DNA of 64,000 nucleotides. Source: a virus. The stretch is from the IMG/VR virus record IMGVR_UViG_3300027971_000039, positions 21,828 through 85,827 of that record; one strand, 5' to 3'. The notes below the pieces were generated by a model. The model saw nothing but the letters and a program-made list of their open reading frames with translations. It ran no database searches and was not told the origin of the DNA. Below, one piece after another: positions 9,516 to 18,650 of the stretch (its first letter is position 1; the number at the start of each line of letters is the position of its first letter). A program made the position numbers and the translations under genes.

Positions 9516-10185
9516 ACAGTCCCTAGAAGATCTATTAAAAACGATAGAAGAATCCGAAGAAAAGAACATTGTCGGAGTTTCCGATGATGTTTTTTCTTTT
9601 ATTACGCACTTTAATATTTTACCCGGAGAAGAGTTAGTATTGAAGAGTGTGCTATATGATCTATATTGTAGCTGGTCCAAAACACCGATTAGTAAGTTTG
9701 CATTTGGTTCAAAGGTAGCAAAGTATTTTTTAAATCACCAAAAGGGACCAAGAAATTATCTTAAAATTAATTTAAATTCAATATCAATACAGAAAGAAAC
9801 CATTCTAAATTTAGAAAAAAACAAATTAAACAAAATAAAATATCCAACATGGCAAGCACATTATAATCAATTTTTAAATTTTTATAAGATTAAAAAAGGA
9901 AACTCTTGGGTACAAAGCTACGTGCTGATGCATTTTTATGACAAGTGGTGTTATAAAAATAAAAGAAGACGACTTTTATCTGAGGTAAGTTTTTTTAATT
10001 TTTGTAAATTGCACTTTGAATATAAACGCAATACGGAGAGTAGGATGATGTGGTTTAAAGTAAATAAAGAATTCATCGACGAATATCTTTCTCCACAAAA
10101 GCTTACGCATTTACAACAAGGAAGAGAAAGAACACATGGCAAAAAACAAAAGAGAAAAAACAAAATACCCAGCATTAAAACCTGA
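9490..10185 (+). CDS. protein with two D5-primase-C-terminal-like winged-helix repeats
   Basis: Twice LYxxYxxW...SxxxF pattern (VLYDLYCSWSK..ISKFAFG; LMHFYDKWCYK..LSEVSFF). Confidence 0.45.
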   Translation: MVSKRLPNEQSLEDLLKTIEESEEKNIVGVSDDVFSFITHFNILPGEELVLKSVLYDLYCSWSKTPISKFAFGSKVAKYFLNHQKGPRNYLKINLNSISIQKETILNLEKNKLNKIKYPTWQAHYNQFLNFYKIKKGNSWVQSYVLMHFYDKWCYKNKRRRLLSEVSFFNFCKLHFEYKRNTESRMMWFKVNKEFIDEYLSPQKLTHLQQGRERTHGKKQKRKNKIPSIKT

Positions 10186-10570
10186 ACTAAATTTAAAGTC
10201 AAGATATGAATTAATCGACTATGATTATATTGACAAATTAAAGGAAGAAGAAAAATCCTGGTTAAATAAGTTTACAGAAGAATACGTAAACGCCAGTTTA
10301 GATTCAAAGAATTTAAAAAATAATTTCCACAATACAGACCAATTAAAAAAAGATTGCTACAGAAGAAACAACGCCAGAAATAGAGACATTCTAACTCGGG
10401 CAAAAGCTTCTGGTAGTTATATTAGTACAGATGAATTGCTTTTAAATAAAAAATCAATTAAAATAAATACATCAGATACTTTACTCAATAAAACTAGTAA
10501 TAGCCCGGACAATCTCGAAGAAACCAGCAGCCGAACCGATGACAACAGAAATCAATCCGATGATTTTTAA
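10136..10570 (+). CDS. hypothetical protein
   Basis: 144 aa, last gene of the + strand block. Confidence 0.7.
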   Translation: MAKNKREKTKYPALKPELNLKSRYELIDYDYIDKLKEEEKSWLNKFTEEYVNASLDSKNLKNNFHNTDQLKKDCYRRNNARNRDILTRAKASGSYISTDELLLNKKSIKINTSDTLLNKTSNSPDNLEETSSRTDDNRNQSDDF

Positions 10571-10765
10571 AACACCATTAATTGCAATAACGTGTTGTTT
10601 TAGTGGTTCTATTTCTTGACGTAACATCGTTAAATTTTCTTCAGCAACTTCAGTACGCCGGATGTGTTCTTTAATGTTTTCTTCTTGTTTTGCTGAAGTA
10701 ACTTTAAGATCAGAAATGTCTTCACTAATCTTGTCTAAGACTTCATAGATTCTTTCGTTATTCAT
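10481..10765 (-). CDS. coiled coil plus C-terminal TM protein (XhlA/holin-like)
   Basis: 94 aa; heptads followed by a hydrophobic tail. Confidence 0.55.
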   Translation of the reverse strand: MNNERIYEVLDKISEDISDLKVTSAKQEENIKEHIRRTEVAEENLTMLRQEIEPLKQHVIAINGVLKIIGLISVVIGSAAGFFEIVRAITSFIE

Positions 10766-12620
10766 TTTCTTCTTCTCCTATACCAATCATAGATGGAATT
10801 GATTCTCTAAAATCGGGACGCTGCATTAGTGCAAAAAGTATGGCTTCTTTTTTAACATTATCACCTTTGGCTAAGGCATCTTTTAAAGACTTTCCATAAG
10901 AGCTATATCCAGTTCTACCAATTAAAGTATCTGCGATTTGATCTAATTTTTGTACGGGGAAGTCGTAAACACTTTTTCCAACTTGAATTGGCGCTTTAAT
11001 AATATTAGGTGTTCCTTTTGAAATAGATTCAAACGCATCTTTTGACATTTTTTTAGCTTGCCCAGCTAGATTGGCTCCAATAACGAGAGGTTTTCGTGCC
11101 CAAGATACTTTTAATTGGTTTAATCCTTCTTGTTCGGGCCTCCCCCCCAAAGCCGATCGAATCGTTGCACTTTGTAAGGAGGTTTGTTCAAATTCATTTT
11201 TTAATGAATCAATCATGTCTGCCGTATTCTTAAACCCAGATTGTCTGGCCAAGTCATCCAACTCAGCCCCATAACTACTATTTTTTAATTTATTTAAAAG
11301 TGGTATCATCCCACCTTCTTCAGAATACATGGCAGCTAAAGCATCTTTACTTTCTTTCCCAGGAAACTTTAATTTTTGAACAGTATCCTCAACTGCTGCC
11401 AATAGATTTTCTTTTGGTTTCGTAACATCAGACAACCAAGAATCTCTCAACTCAACCGGTGTTCCTTTTTTAATTAAACTTTCACTTGTTGCTTCCCTAA
11501 ATTTTGAAAAGTTTTTTAAATTGTCTTTATAACCCGGAACTGCTCTATCAATTGCCGCTTTAATTTCATTTTCTAATTCTCTATATTCTGGTCCCATTTG
11601 TTTAATTGTATTTCTTAATTCATGTGCTTCTAATGGATTTGTTTGACCAGAAGCCAATCTTTTTATATTAAACGCCAATTCAGGTTGTTTTTTTTCTATT
11701 TCAGAAGCCAACGCGTTAAATGGTTCTGATCGCAACATAGGAACTTTTACTTCATCAAATGAAGCTCGTTCTAATGGGTCTATGATTTTTTTGGCTGCTA
11801 AACGATCCATTGTTTTTAATTTTTTAGCTAATGTTGAAATATCCTTTTCTTCTTTTACTAAAACATTTCTAGATGATTGTTCTTGAAGAAACCCAAGCCC
11901 CTCTTTTCCCATTTTTGCAGATTCAAACATTTCTTGCATTAATGGGTATTTTAAAAGTTCTTCTTTTGATTTTTGAATTGCACCAGACGCTAATGGACCA
12001 GCAGCTCCAAGAACACCACCCAAAACACCACCAGTAACGGCACCAGATTTAACGTCTTCTAATAATTTTTGTTTTTCTTCCGCAGACGCCCCTATCAATC
12101 CACCTTCTGTACTACTTAAAGCACCAGTCACGCCCCCTTGAACGGCACCTGTTAGACCAGCAGCAAGAGCCCCTTTACCGGCAGCCTTTAATAACTCCTT
12201 ACCACCTAATTGAGCCGCTGCCCGCCCCCCAGACGCAGCTAATCCAGCACCACCTGTTGCGATTGCTGGGAGCAGAGAGCCACCGATTTCACCAACAAGA
12301 CTAGCGGTTGGACTGCGTTCTCTAGCTTCACTTTCCTTTTGTTCTTCAATTTCTAAATACTTTTTATAGAGAGTAGAAAAGTCATTTTTTTCATCAGAAA
12401 GTAAAGCTTTACCACCAGCGGTAAGTTCTTCTAATCCACCCATTGTAAGACCGGATAATACACCACGACCCAAATCAGAAGCAGTTTCACCGACTTCTTC
12501 TAAAGTTGACTTTGATTCTTCTGTTGGAATGGATTCCGTTAAGGGAACTCGTTCAAATCCTTCTGCTAATGGAACCCTTTCAAAACCCTCTGCTAACTGT
12601 GGCATAGTTTTCTTTTCCAT
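10758..12620 (-). CDS. putative internal virion/DNA ejection protein
   Basis: 620 aa, Gly/Ala-rich amphipathic segments, at end of tail operon as in podoviruses. Confidence 0.6.
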   Translation of the reverse strand: MEKKTMPQLAEGFERVPLAEGFERVPLTESIPTEESKSTLEEVGETASDLGRGVLSGLTMGGLEELTAGGKALLSDEKNDFSTLYKKYLEIEEQKESEARERSPTASLVGEIGGSLLPAIATGGAGLAASGGRAAAQLGGKELLKAAGKGALAAGLTGAVQGGVTGALSSTEGGLIGASAEEKQKLLEDVKSGAVTGGVLGGVLGAAGPLASGAIQKSKEELLKYPLMQEMFESAKMGKEGLGFLQEQSSRNVLVKEEKDISTLAKKLKTMDRLAAKKIIDPLERASFDEVKVPMLRSEPFNALASEIEKKQPELAFNIKRLASGQTNPLEAHELRNTIKQMGPEYRELENEIKAAIDRAVPGYKDNLKNFSKFREATSESLIKKGTPVELRDSWLSDVTKPKENLLAAVEDTVQKLKFPGKESKDALAAMYSEEGGMIPLLNKLKNSSYGAELDDLARQSGFKNTADMIDSLKNEFEQTSLQSATIRSALGGRPEQEGLNQLKVSWARKPLVIGANLAGQAKKMSKDAFESISKGTPNIIKAPIQVGKSVYDFPVQKLDQIADTLIGRTGYSSYGKSLKDALAKGDNVKKEAILFALMQRPDFRESIPSMIGIGEEENE

Positions 12621-14968
12621 TATCGTTTAACCCCAACAATTTCACTTGTTCTATTGCCATCAACAATTTCACTTGTGCCGTCTTCGTATATGAATTGTGT
12701 TTGATTTGTTTTTTTATTGTATCCACCATCAATGGCTTTTTTAATTTTTTGTTCTTCTTTTTCTGATTTTATTCCTAAAGATTCTTGTACTTCAGGTAAA
12801 ACTCTAGAGTCAAAAATTTCCTCTAAGGGCAACCCACGTCGGTTAAACTGTTTTGCTGCGGGACCAAGTAACCCGGTGTATTCTTTTTTTGCAACATTCT
12901 TAATTGTATTAACGGCATCAAGTAACTGTTTTCTTTGTTTTGGTTGTAATTTAGCTGTTCCACCCAAACGATCAACCTCGTTTTTTAAACGGTCTAAAAC
13001 ACCGACAGCGCTTTGAATTTCTTTTAATTCTGGTCCTCGAACAACAGATGAATCTCCTTGAAAAAGTTTAGCTGATTGTAATGTTCTGATAGTATCGCCA
13101 TACATTCCCGCTGATAAATTTTCAAAAGTATTACTAATTCTTTCTGCATTTTTATACATATCAAAGGCGTCTTTATATCCCTTCGTCATCACTTGATCTC
13201 TAGCAGCAATAATTGCCTTTTCTTGTTTTTCGCTATAACCCTTTTCTAATAACGCTGCTCTATCTAAAGCTCGTTGTCTAGCATTTTCTGCTCTAGCTTC
13301 TCTAGCTTCTCGTTGATTTAAAATATTGGTGAGTTGCGGAGCGTACTTCTCTAACGCCTCAGCTGTTGCAGCTTCAGGAACAGTAATACCTTGTTGTTTT
13401 AATAAATCACGCGCAAACTTAGACTCTTCGCTGGCTGGATCTCTGCGACGAGCAAGACGTTGCATTTCATCTTGTTTTGTCTTCATTGTATAAGCAGTGC
13501 CGACATCTTCTACAGGCTGCTCGGCTTGTTTAATTAACTTATCATAAAAATCAGTGCTAACTGGTTTTGTGACAACTCCACCCTTAACTGTTCCAGTTAA
13601 TCCAGTAGCAAATGTTTCAGCAGCCTTACCGATATTACCAAGTAATATACCCTTATCACGCGCTTCTTGAGCCATACGAAGCATTTCATTAAAGTCAATT
13701 TCTGCTTTTTGAGGCTTTGCTGATTCAGCTTTAATTGCTTCGTTTAATTTAGCTTCAGGGGATTCATCTTCTCCAACACCAGTTGAAATTGAACTTTTAG
13801 GCACAGGAGATGATTTTTGTTGTCCAACGGATTTAATTTCTGAAACAGATTTTTCTGTGTTGTTTGATGGTAAAAGAGGAGTTGGTCTTTCTGGTACAGC
13901 ATAATCAAATTGTTGTGGTTTTTTTGATGCTAATTGCACGTCGCTTCCAACACTCTCTTCAGCTAAACCTCTTTTTTGTAGGTTAGCTAAAATATTAGAA
14001 CGTTTTAATCTATCTAATTCAGCCTGTTCTTCTTCTTGAAAAACAGTTGCAGTTGGTCGTAATAATTCTAATGGGGCAGCAATACGGGGAGATACATTAC
14101 CTAACAATGTTTCAATGCCAGTTAAACCGCCTTCAACTAAATTACCTTTTGAAAAATCATAAGCTGAAGCGGCTGCCCCTAAAGCAGTTGCTCCTTTACC
14201 TAATGCGGGTAAAAATTTACTTAATTTAGAAAGTCTACTAGGTTCTGGCACAGAGTCTATAGTTCTGCCTGTAGTTTCTATAAAATCATCTATAACAGCA
14301 GGAACACCTCTTTTGATTGTAGCGGGTAAATTTTTAGGCGCATTTTGATCAGCAGCTTCCACTACTGTTTCTCCGGTTGCACCCATTTCAGACTGTGCTT
14401 GTTTTAATAAAGCATCAAATAATTTTTTTTCTCTGGGAGTTGCATAATTAGAAACAGTTGGTAATTCTTTAGGTGCTAATACATCGGCGGATAATTCAGC
14501 GGTTTTTCCAGGGACACTTTGACTTTTTACAATATTTTCTGCAATATTTTTAGGTAAGGCAGAGCCAGTTTCTTCAAATACCCTAGCAGATTCAGCTGCT
14601 GGTGAAATAGCACTTTCAAATAGTTTAGCAGATTCAGCTGCACTTTTTCCTAACCGAGATTGTTTTGCTATAATATCTTCAGCAATATTTTTTGGCAATT
14701 CAGAGCCAGCTTCTTCGAATACTTTAGCAGACGCTTCCGCTGGTGAAATAGAAGGTGCAGCTCTCATTGATTTCACACCTTTAGCAAGCTCTCCTAATGT
14801 ACCCAAAGACCGCCCAGCCGCTCTTTCACCACGCGAAACTAATTCAGAAGCAGCTTGTGCTTCACGTTGTGCTTCTAATACATCATCTACTGACGACATT
14901 TGTGGATCTTTGAAAGATTCAGCCCATTCTTTATATCGCTCTAATTCTTCGGGTGTAAAGTTTGCCAT
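12620..14968 (-). CDS. putative internal virion/DNA ejection protein
   Basis: 782 aa helical, internal repeats, gene order. Confidence 0.6.
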   Translation of the reverse strand: MANFTPEELERYKEWAESFKDPQMSSVDDVLEAQREAQAASELVSRGERAAGRSLGTLGELAKGVKSMRAAPSISPAEASAKVFEEAGSELPKNIAEDIIAKQSRLGKSAAESAKLFESAISPAAESARVFEETGSALPKNIAENIVKSQSVPGKTAELSADVLAPKELPTVSNYATPREKKLFDALLKQAQSEMGATGETVVEAADQNAPKNLPATIKRGVPAVIDDFIETTGRTIDSVPEPSRLSKLSKFLPALGKGATALGAAASAYDFSKGNLVEGGLTGIETLLGNVSPRIAAPLELLRPTATVFQEEEQAELDRLKRSNILANLQKRGLAEESVGSDVQLASKKPQQFDYAVPERPTPLLPSNNTEKSVSEIKSVGQQKSSPVPKSSISTGVGEDESPEAKLNEAIKAESAKPQKAEIDFNEMLRMAQEARDKGILLGNIGKAAETFATGLTGTVKGGVVTKPVSTDFYDKLIKQAEQPVEDVGTAYTMKTKQDEMQRLARRRDPASEESKFARDLLKQQGITVPEAATAEALEKYAPQLTNILNQREAREARAENARQRALDRAALLEKGYSEKQEKAIIAARDQVMTKGYKDAFDMYKNAERISNTFENLSAGMYGDTIRTLQSAKLFQGDSSVVRGPELKEIQSAVGVLDRLKNEVDRLGGTAKLQPKQRKQLLDAVNTIKNVAKKEYTGLLGPAAKQFNRRGLPLEEIFDSRVLPEVQESLGIKSEKEEQKIKKAIDGGYNKKTNQTQFIYEDGTSEIVDGNRTSEIVGVKR

Positions 14969-14974
14969 AAAAAA

Positions 14975-16126
14975 TTACCAGAATTTATACCAAGGTTTTG
15001 GAGCGCCGGGATAGCCATATTGTTCCATTGATGCCATTGCAGCTTTTTCTCTTTCAATATCATCCATTGGATTTTGTGCTGACTTAGACCAATCAACTCC
15101 ACCAGCAGCTCCAGCAGTACCACCACTCATTCCTGAAACACTAGGAACAGATGGTTTAAACGCAGCTTGACCAATAGCACCAGCAGCTTGTCCAACTGCA
15201 CTACCCATTTGTGCCCAACCTTGCTGTGTTTGTGCAGCTTGTTGTTGCGCTTGAGCAGCTTGTTGACCATATGTTCCAGCACGTAACTGAGCAAGACGAA
15301 CTTGATTATTATACATTTCTTGTTGTGCTTGACGTTGGCGCATCATTTCAGCATTTTGTTGTTGAATATTCATATTCATAATCTGTTGTTGTTGAGCAAG
15401 ATTATATTGTCTTGCTTCATTTTCTTGTGCAACACGGCGTTGTTCTTGCATCATGCGATTTTGAATATTAAAGCGTTGAAATTCATCTTCTGCACCAGCC
15501 CTAGTGCGCGAAATATCAAATTCTTGTCCACGAACTCTACCAGCTAATTCACCACCTTGCATCATTGCTTGTAACGCTCTTTGAGATGCAGAAGCGGATC
15601 CACGTTCAGCAGCAGCTTGTTGTTGTGCAGCAAGTTCATCAGCGGATTGTAATTGAGCAGCAATACCAGCACCTGAATCTAAGGCACCACGAGCACGAAG
15701 CCCAGCAATAATTTGTTGACGTTTAGCTTCGGCACTACGTTCAGCAGCAGCGCGTTCTTGAGATAATTGAGCACGTTCTTCTGCGGTAAAACCAGTACGG
15801 CCTCTTTGCTGAATACCAGCAAGGGCTTCCATTTGAGCCTTTTTAAAACGAGGGTCTTCTTGAATTTGCGCTACTTTTGAAACACCCTGATCCACAGCCC
15901 TTTCAATTTCAGGAGTTAATACACCAGCCGATTTAAATTCTCGTAAATAAATTTGTTTTGCAAGATCTGGCCCAGCGCCTAACTTTTCAATTTCAGCCAA
16001 AGCTTTTTGTTGCGCTCTAGCAGCAGCATCTCTATCACCAGCCGAGGCAATGTTACCAATTACTCCACCAAGGATACTAGCTCCACCTGAAATTAAACCT
16101 GCTGTAAGCAGTCCACCGAATGGCAT
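14975..16126 (-). CDS. putative ejection (pilot-like) protein
   Basis: Hydrophobic Gly-rich N-terminus, Gln/Ala-rich coiled coil. Confidence 0.65.
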   Translation of the reverse strand: MPFGGLLTAGLISGGASILGGVIGNIASAGDRDAAARAQQKALAEIEKLGAGPDLAKQIYLREFKSAGVLTPEIERAVDQGVSKVAQIQEDPRFKKAQMEALAGIQQRGRTGFTAEERAQLSQERAAAERSAEAKRQQIIAGLRARGALDSGAGIAAQLQSADELAAQQQAAAERGSASASQRALQAMMQGGELAGRVRGQEFDISRTRAGAEDEFQRFNIQNRMMQEQRRVAQENEARQYNLAQQQQIMNMNIQQQNAEMMRQRQAQQEMYNNQVRLAQLRAGTYGQQAAQAQQQAAQTQQGWAQMGSAVGQAAGAIGQAAFKPSVPSVSGMSGGTAGAAGGVDWSKSAQNPMDDIEREKAAMASMEQYGYPGAPKPWYKFW

Positions 16127-16127
16127 A

Positions 16128-16511
16128 TTATATAAACCTCGCTAAATGAAAATATTTTTCAGGGGTATTATTAAATCCCTGTTCTACAAACAAAGAACTT
16201 AAAGTTTCTCTTGGTGTTGAAGTCATGATTAATTCACCATCATTAGCCTTTACAACATCTTCTAATGATTTAATTAAAACAGTTAAAGCCTGTTTTTTTA
16301 ATTCTTTATCTACAACAGACGGATTACTAACAACACCTTCAATCCACCACATAGATGTATTATCTAGTTGATAAACAAATCCAGCGCAAACAGTATCAAC
16401 GATAATAGAATTACGTGGAATGTATGAAAATGGTGTGATTGGTAAATCCCAACCTTTATACCATTCTACTAGCATACCATAATTGTGTTCATTGACAAAT
16501 TCAATTTTCAT
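16128..16511 (-). CDS. GNAT acetyltransferase-like protein
   Basis: 127 aa, AGFVY...WIEGVVSNP...LFVEQGF; position typical of podovirus GNAT gene. Confidence 0.55.
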   Translation of the reverse strand: MKIEFVNEHNYGMLVEWYKGWDLPITPFSYIPRNSIIVDTVCAGFVYQLDNTSMWWIEGVVSNPSVVDKELKKQALTVLIKSLEDVVKANDGELIMTSTPRETLSSLFVEQGFNNTPEKYFHLARFI

Positions 16512-16512
16512 A

Positions 16513-18204
16513 TTAATCTGTTAATCGTAACCCTTTATAAAAGCTACTCATTGTATTTAATTGGTTTTTGATATCTGTTCCCCTAGCTTCATATTTGCCA
16601 ATTAATTCATTCATTACTTTAACTAAATTTTTTCTAGCCTGTGTTCGATCTTTTTCTGCTTTTAATGAATCTTGTTCGTTTTTACCAGCTACTTGTAATT
16701 GAACTAAAGCATCTTTAATGTCGTCGGCTATTTTACCACTAAAAATCTCACTCTTACCGGATTTAATATTTTTATAAAATTCGGCTGCCTTTTTTTCTAA
16801 TTCAACTTGATTTGATTTTAAGTTGTTTAATTCATCTTTGAATTTATATAATCCACCAGTCAGTGCTTTATTACCGGCCAATATTTCATTGTCTTTACCA
16901 CGAGTTTCAAGTAATTTGTTTTTTTGCTCACCATAGTCCATTTCACCTTTTTGTGACCCAACAAGAGATGCAATGTCTTCTTTTGAAACTAATCCAGCAT
17001 CCTTTGCTTTTTCTAATTCTTCTTCTTTAATTGGAGGAAGGCCAGTTAGTTTTCTTAGTGCATTTATTTTACTAAGATCTGTTTTCTTTGCATACCCTAA
17101 AGTAGCGGATTCATCTGCCCCTCTTGAAATGCCCTTTAGCTTAGACGAAATTCCAATTAATTTTTCTTGTTCTGGTGTTAAAGTTTCGCCTTTTCTTTTT
17201 TTAATATCCAACTCTTCAATTTTTTTATCTAAATCAGAGATATTTTGAATACCTTCAAACCCAGAAACATCTTGTAATCTTACTGCTCTTAGTTGATTAA
17301 CATCCGAAGGATCTAATCCTAGTTTTTTTAATTCAGATTTACTAACCGATCCAGTAAAAAATAAACCTTCTTTGAGTTTATCCAAAGCCGCTTTTTTAGA
17401 TTCAATTTGGGACTTTTGTTCTTCACTAAGTCCAGCCATGTATTTTTCTTGTTCGGCTTTAACGGCGGTTTCAGCTTGTGTTTTAGCAGCTTCAGTTTGA
17501 CCTTTAAGCAGCCCGGCTTGTTGAGCAGCAATCTCTTCGGCTGACATTGCTTTTTCAGCTAATCCAGTGGCAGCCTGTTGTGCTGAAGCTAATTCAGGAG
17601 ACATCTGTAATCCGGCCATTGCTTTAGCAAAGTCACCGGGGCGAACACCGCCCGGAGCAAAACCAGCATATTGTTGCGCTAATAGCTCAGGAGAGCCAGC
17701 TAATTGAGAAAGAGCTGCTATATTAGCAGTTCCTTGAAGCCCAGTAGGACCTTGGTATTGCATTTTTTGAAGCTTGTCGTATTCGCTTAGTTCAGCTTCA
17801 GATGCCTGACCAGATGTAATTTTACTTAATAAATCACTAATGCGTTCTTGAGCAGGAACGCCACCGGACGCTTTATTTAATTGCTCTTGAAATTGGGCTT
17901 GTTGTTGCTGAAGGGCAGCAGTTTTAGCTGCTACATCTGATTGCAATTTTTGCGCCAAAGCTTGTGAAAAACGAGGATCTGCCACTGCACCGGCTTGTTG
18001 TTGATATGTTACAGGAGCGGCTGGCTTCTTCTGTTGTTGTACTGGAGCCTGTTGAGGCTGCTGCATCGGAGGAAGTGAACTTTGAACCGCTTGTGATGGT
18101 TGAGCAGGTTGCTGCTGTCCCGGTTGTTGAACGGGCTGCTGTTGAGCGGGTTGTTGTTGCTTTTTCCTTGGATCATAAGGGTTTATAACAGGAGGCATGG
18201 GCAT
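16513..18204 (-). CDS. putative internal virion protein, Gln/Pro-rich N-terminus
   Basis: 563 aa helical; preceded by TAACAACT motif and AAGGTG RBS. Confidence 0.55.
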   Translation of the reverse strand: MPMPPVINPYDPRKKQQQPAQQQPVQQPGQQQPAQPSQAVQSSLPPMQQPQQAPVQQQKKPAAPVTYQQQAGAVADPRFSQALAQKLQSDVAAKTAALQQQQAQFQEQLNKASGGVPAQERISDLLSKITSGQASEAELSEYDKLQKMQYQGPTGLQGTANIAALSQLAGSPELLAQQYAGFAPGGVRPGDFAKAMAGLQMSPELASAQQAATGLAEKAMSAEEIAAQQAGLLKGQTEAAKTQAETAVKAEQEKYMAGLSEEQKSQIESKKAALDKLKEGLFFTGSVSKSELKKLGLDPSDVNQLRAVRLQDVSGFEGIQNISDLDKKIEELDIKKRKGETLTPEQEKLIGISSKLKGISRGADESATLGYAKKTDLSKINALRKLTGLPPIKEEELEKAKDAGLVSKEDIASLVGSQKGEMDYGEQKNKLLETRGKDNEILAGNKALTGGLYKFKDELNNLKSNQVELEKKAAEFYKNIKSGKSEIFSGKIADDIKDALVQLQVAGKNEQDSLKAEKDRTQARKNLVKVMNELIGKYEARGTDIKNQLNTMSSFYKGLRLTD

Positions 18205-18224
18205 AATTCACCTTATAATAGTTG

Positions 18225-18650
18225 TTAATTCTCGTCGCCATATATAACGACACGGATGTTGTAGGTTTGGCCTTCAGTTAGACCAGTAATGTGCTTTATT
18301 TTAACTAATCCGGGACTTAGTTGTTCCCATGAAACAGTCACACCACTGGATGGAAACGCTGTTGGAATTGATATATTATCCACTTTCCCAACAGTAATAA
18401 CGTTTATATTATTATTAAAAGTAACAGCTAATGTTAATGACGTAATAGGGACACCAGAAGCTGAAACCTGTACAGTAAAGTCTTTTATATTACAAAGAAT
18501 ATTATTACGAAGGGTAATTTTATTGTTTAAAGCATCATAAACGTTGTCAAACCCGTTGTTGATAGAAACAATAAGCTTTTCCACCAATTCGGAATACTGG
18601 GGCTTAAAGTCGTTTTTAAATAATCTTCGTAGGGTGGGTAATTTAGCCAT
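18225..18650 (-). CDS. virion structural protein (tail-associated)
   Basis: 141 aa, directly after nozzle gene. Confidence 0.55.
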   Translation of the reverse strand: MAKLPTLRRLFKNDFKPQYSELVEKLIVSINNGFDNVYDALNNKITLRNNILCNIKDFTVQVSASGVPITSLTLAVTFNNNINVITVGKVDNISIPTAFPSSGVTVSWEQLSPGLVKIKHITGLTEGQTYNIRVVIYGDEN

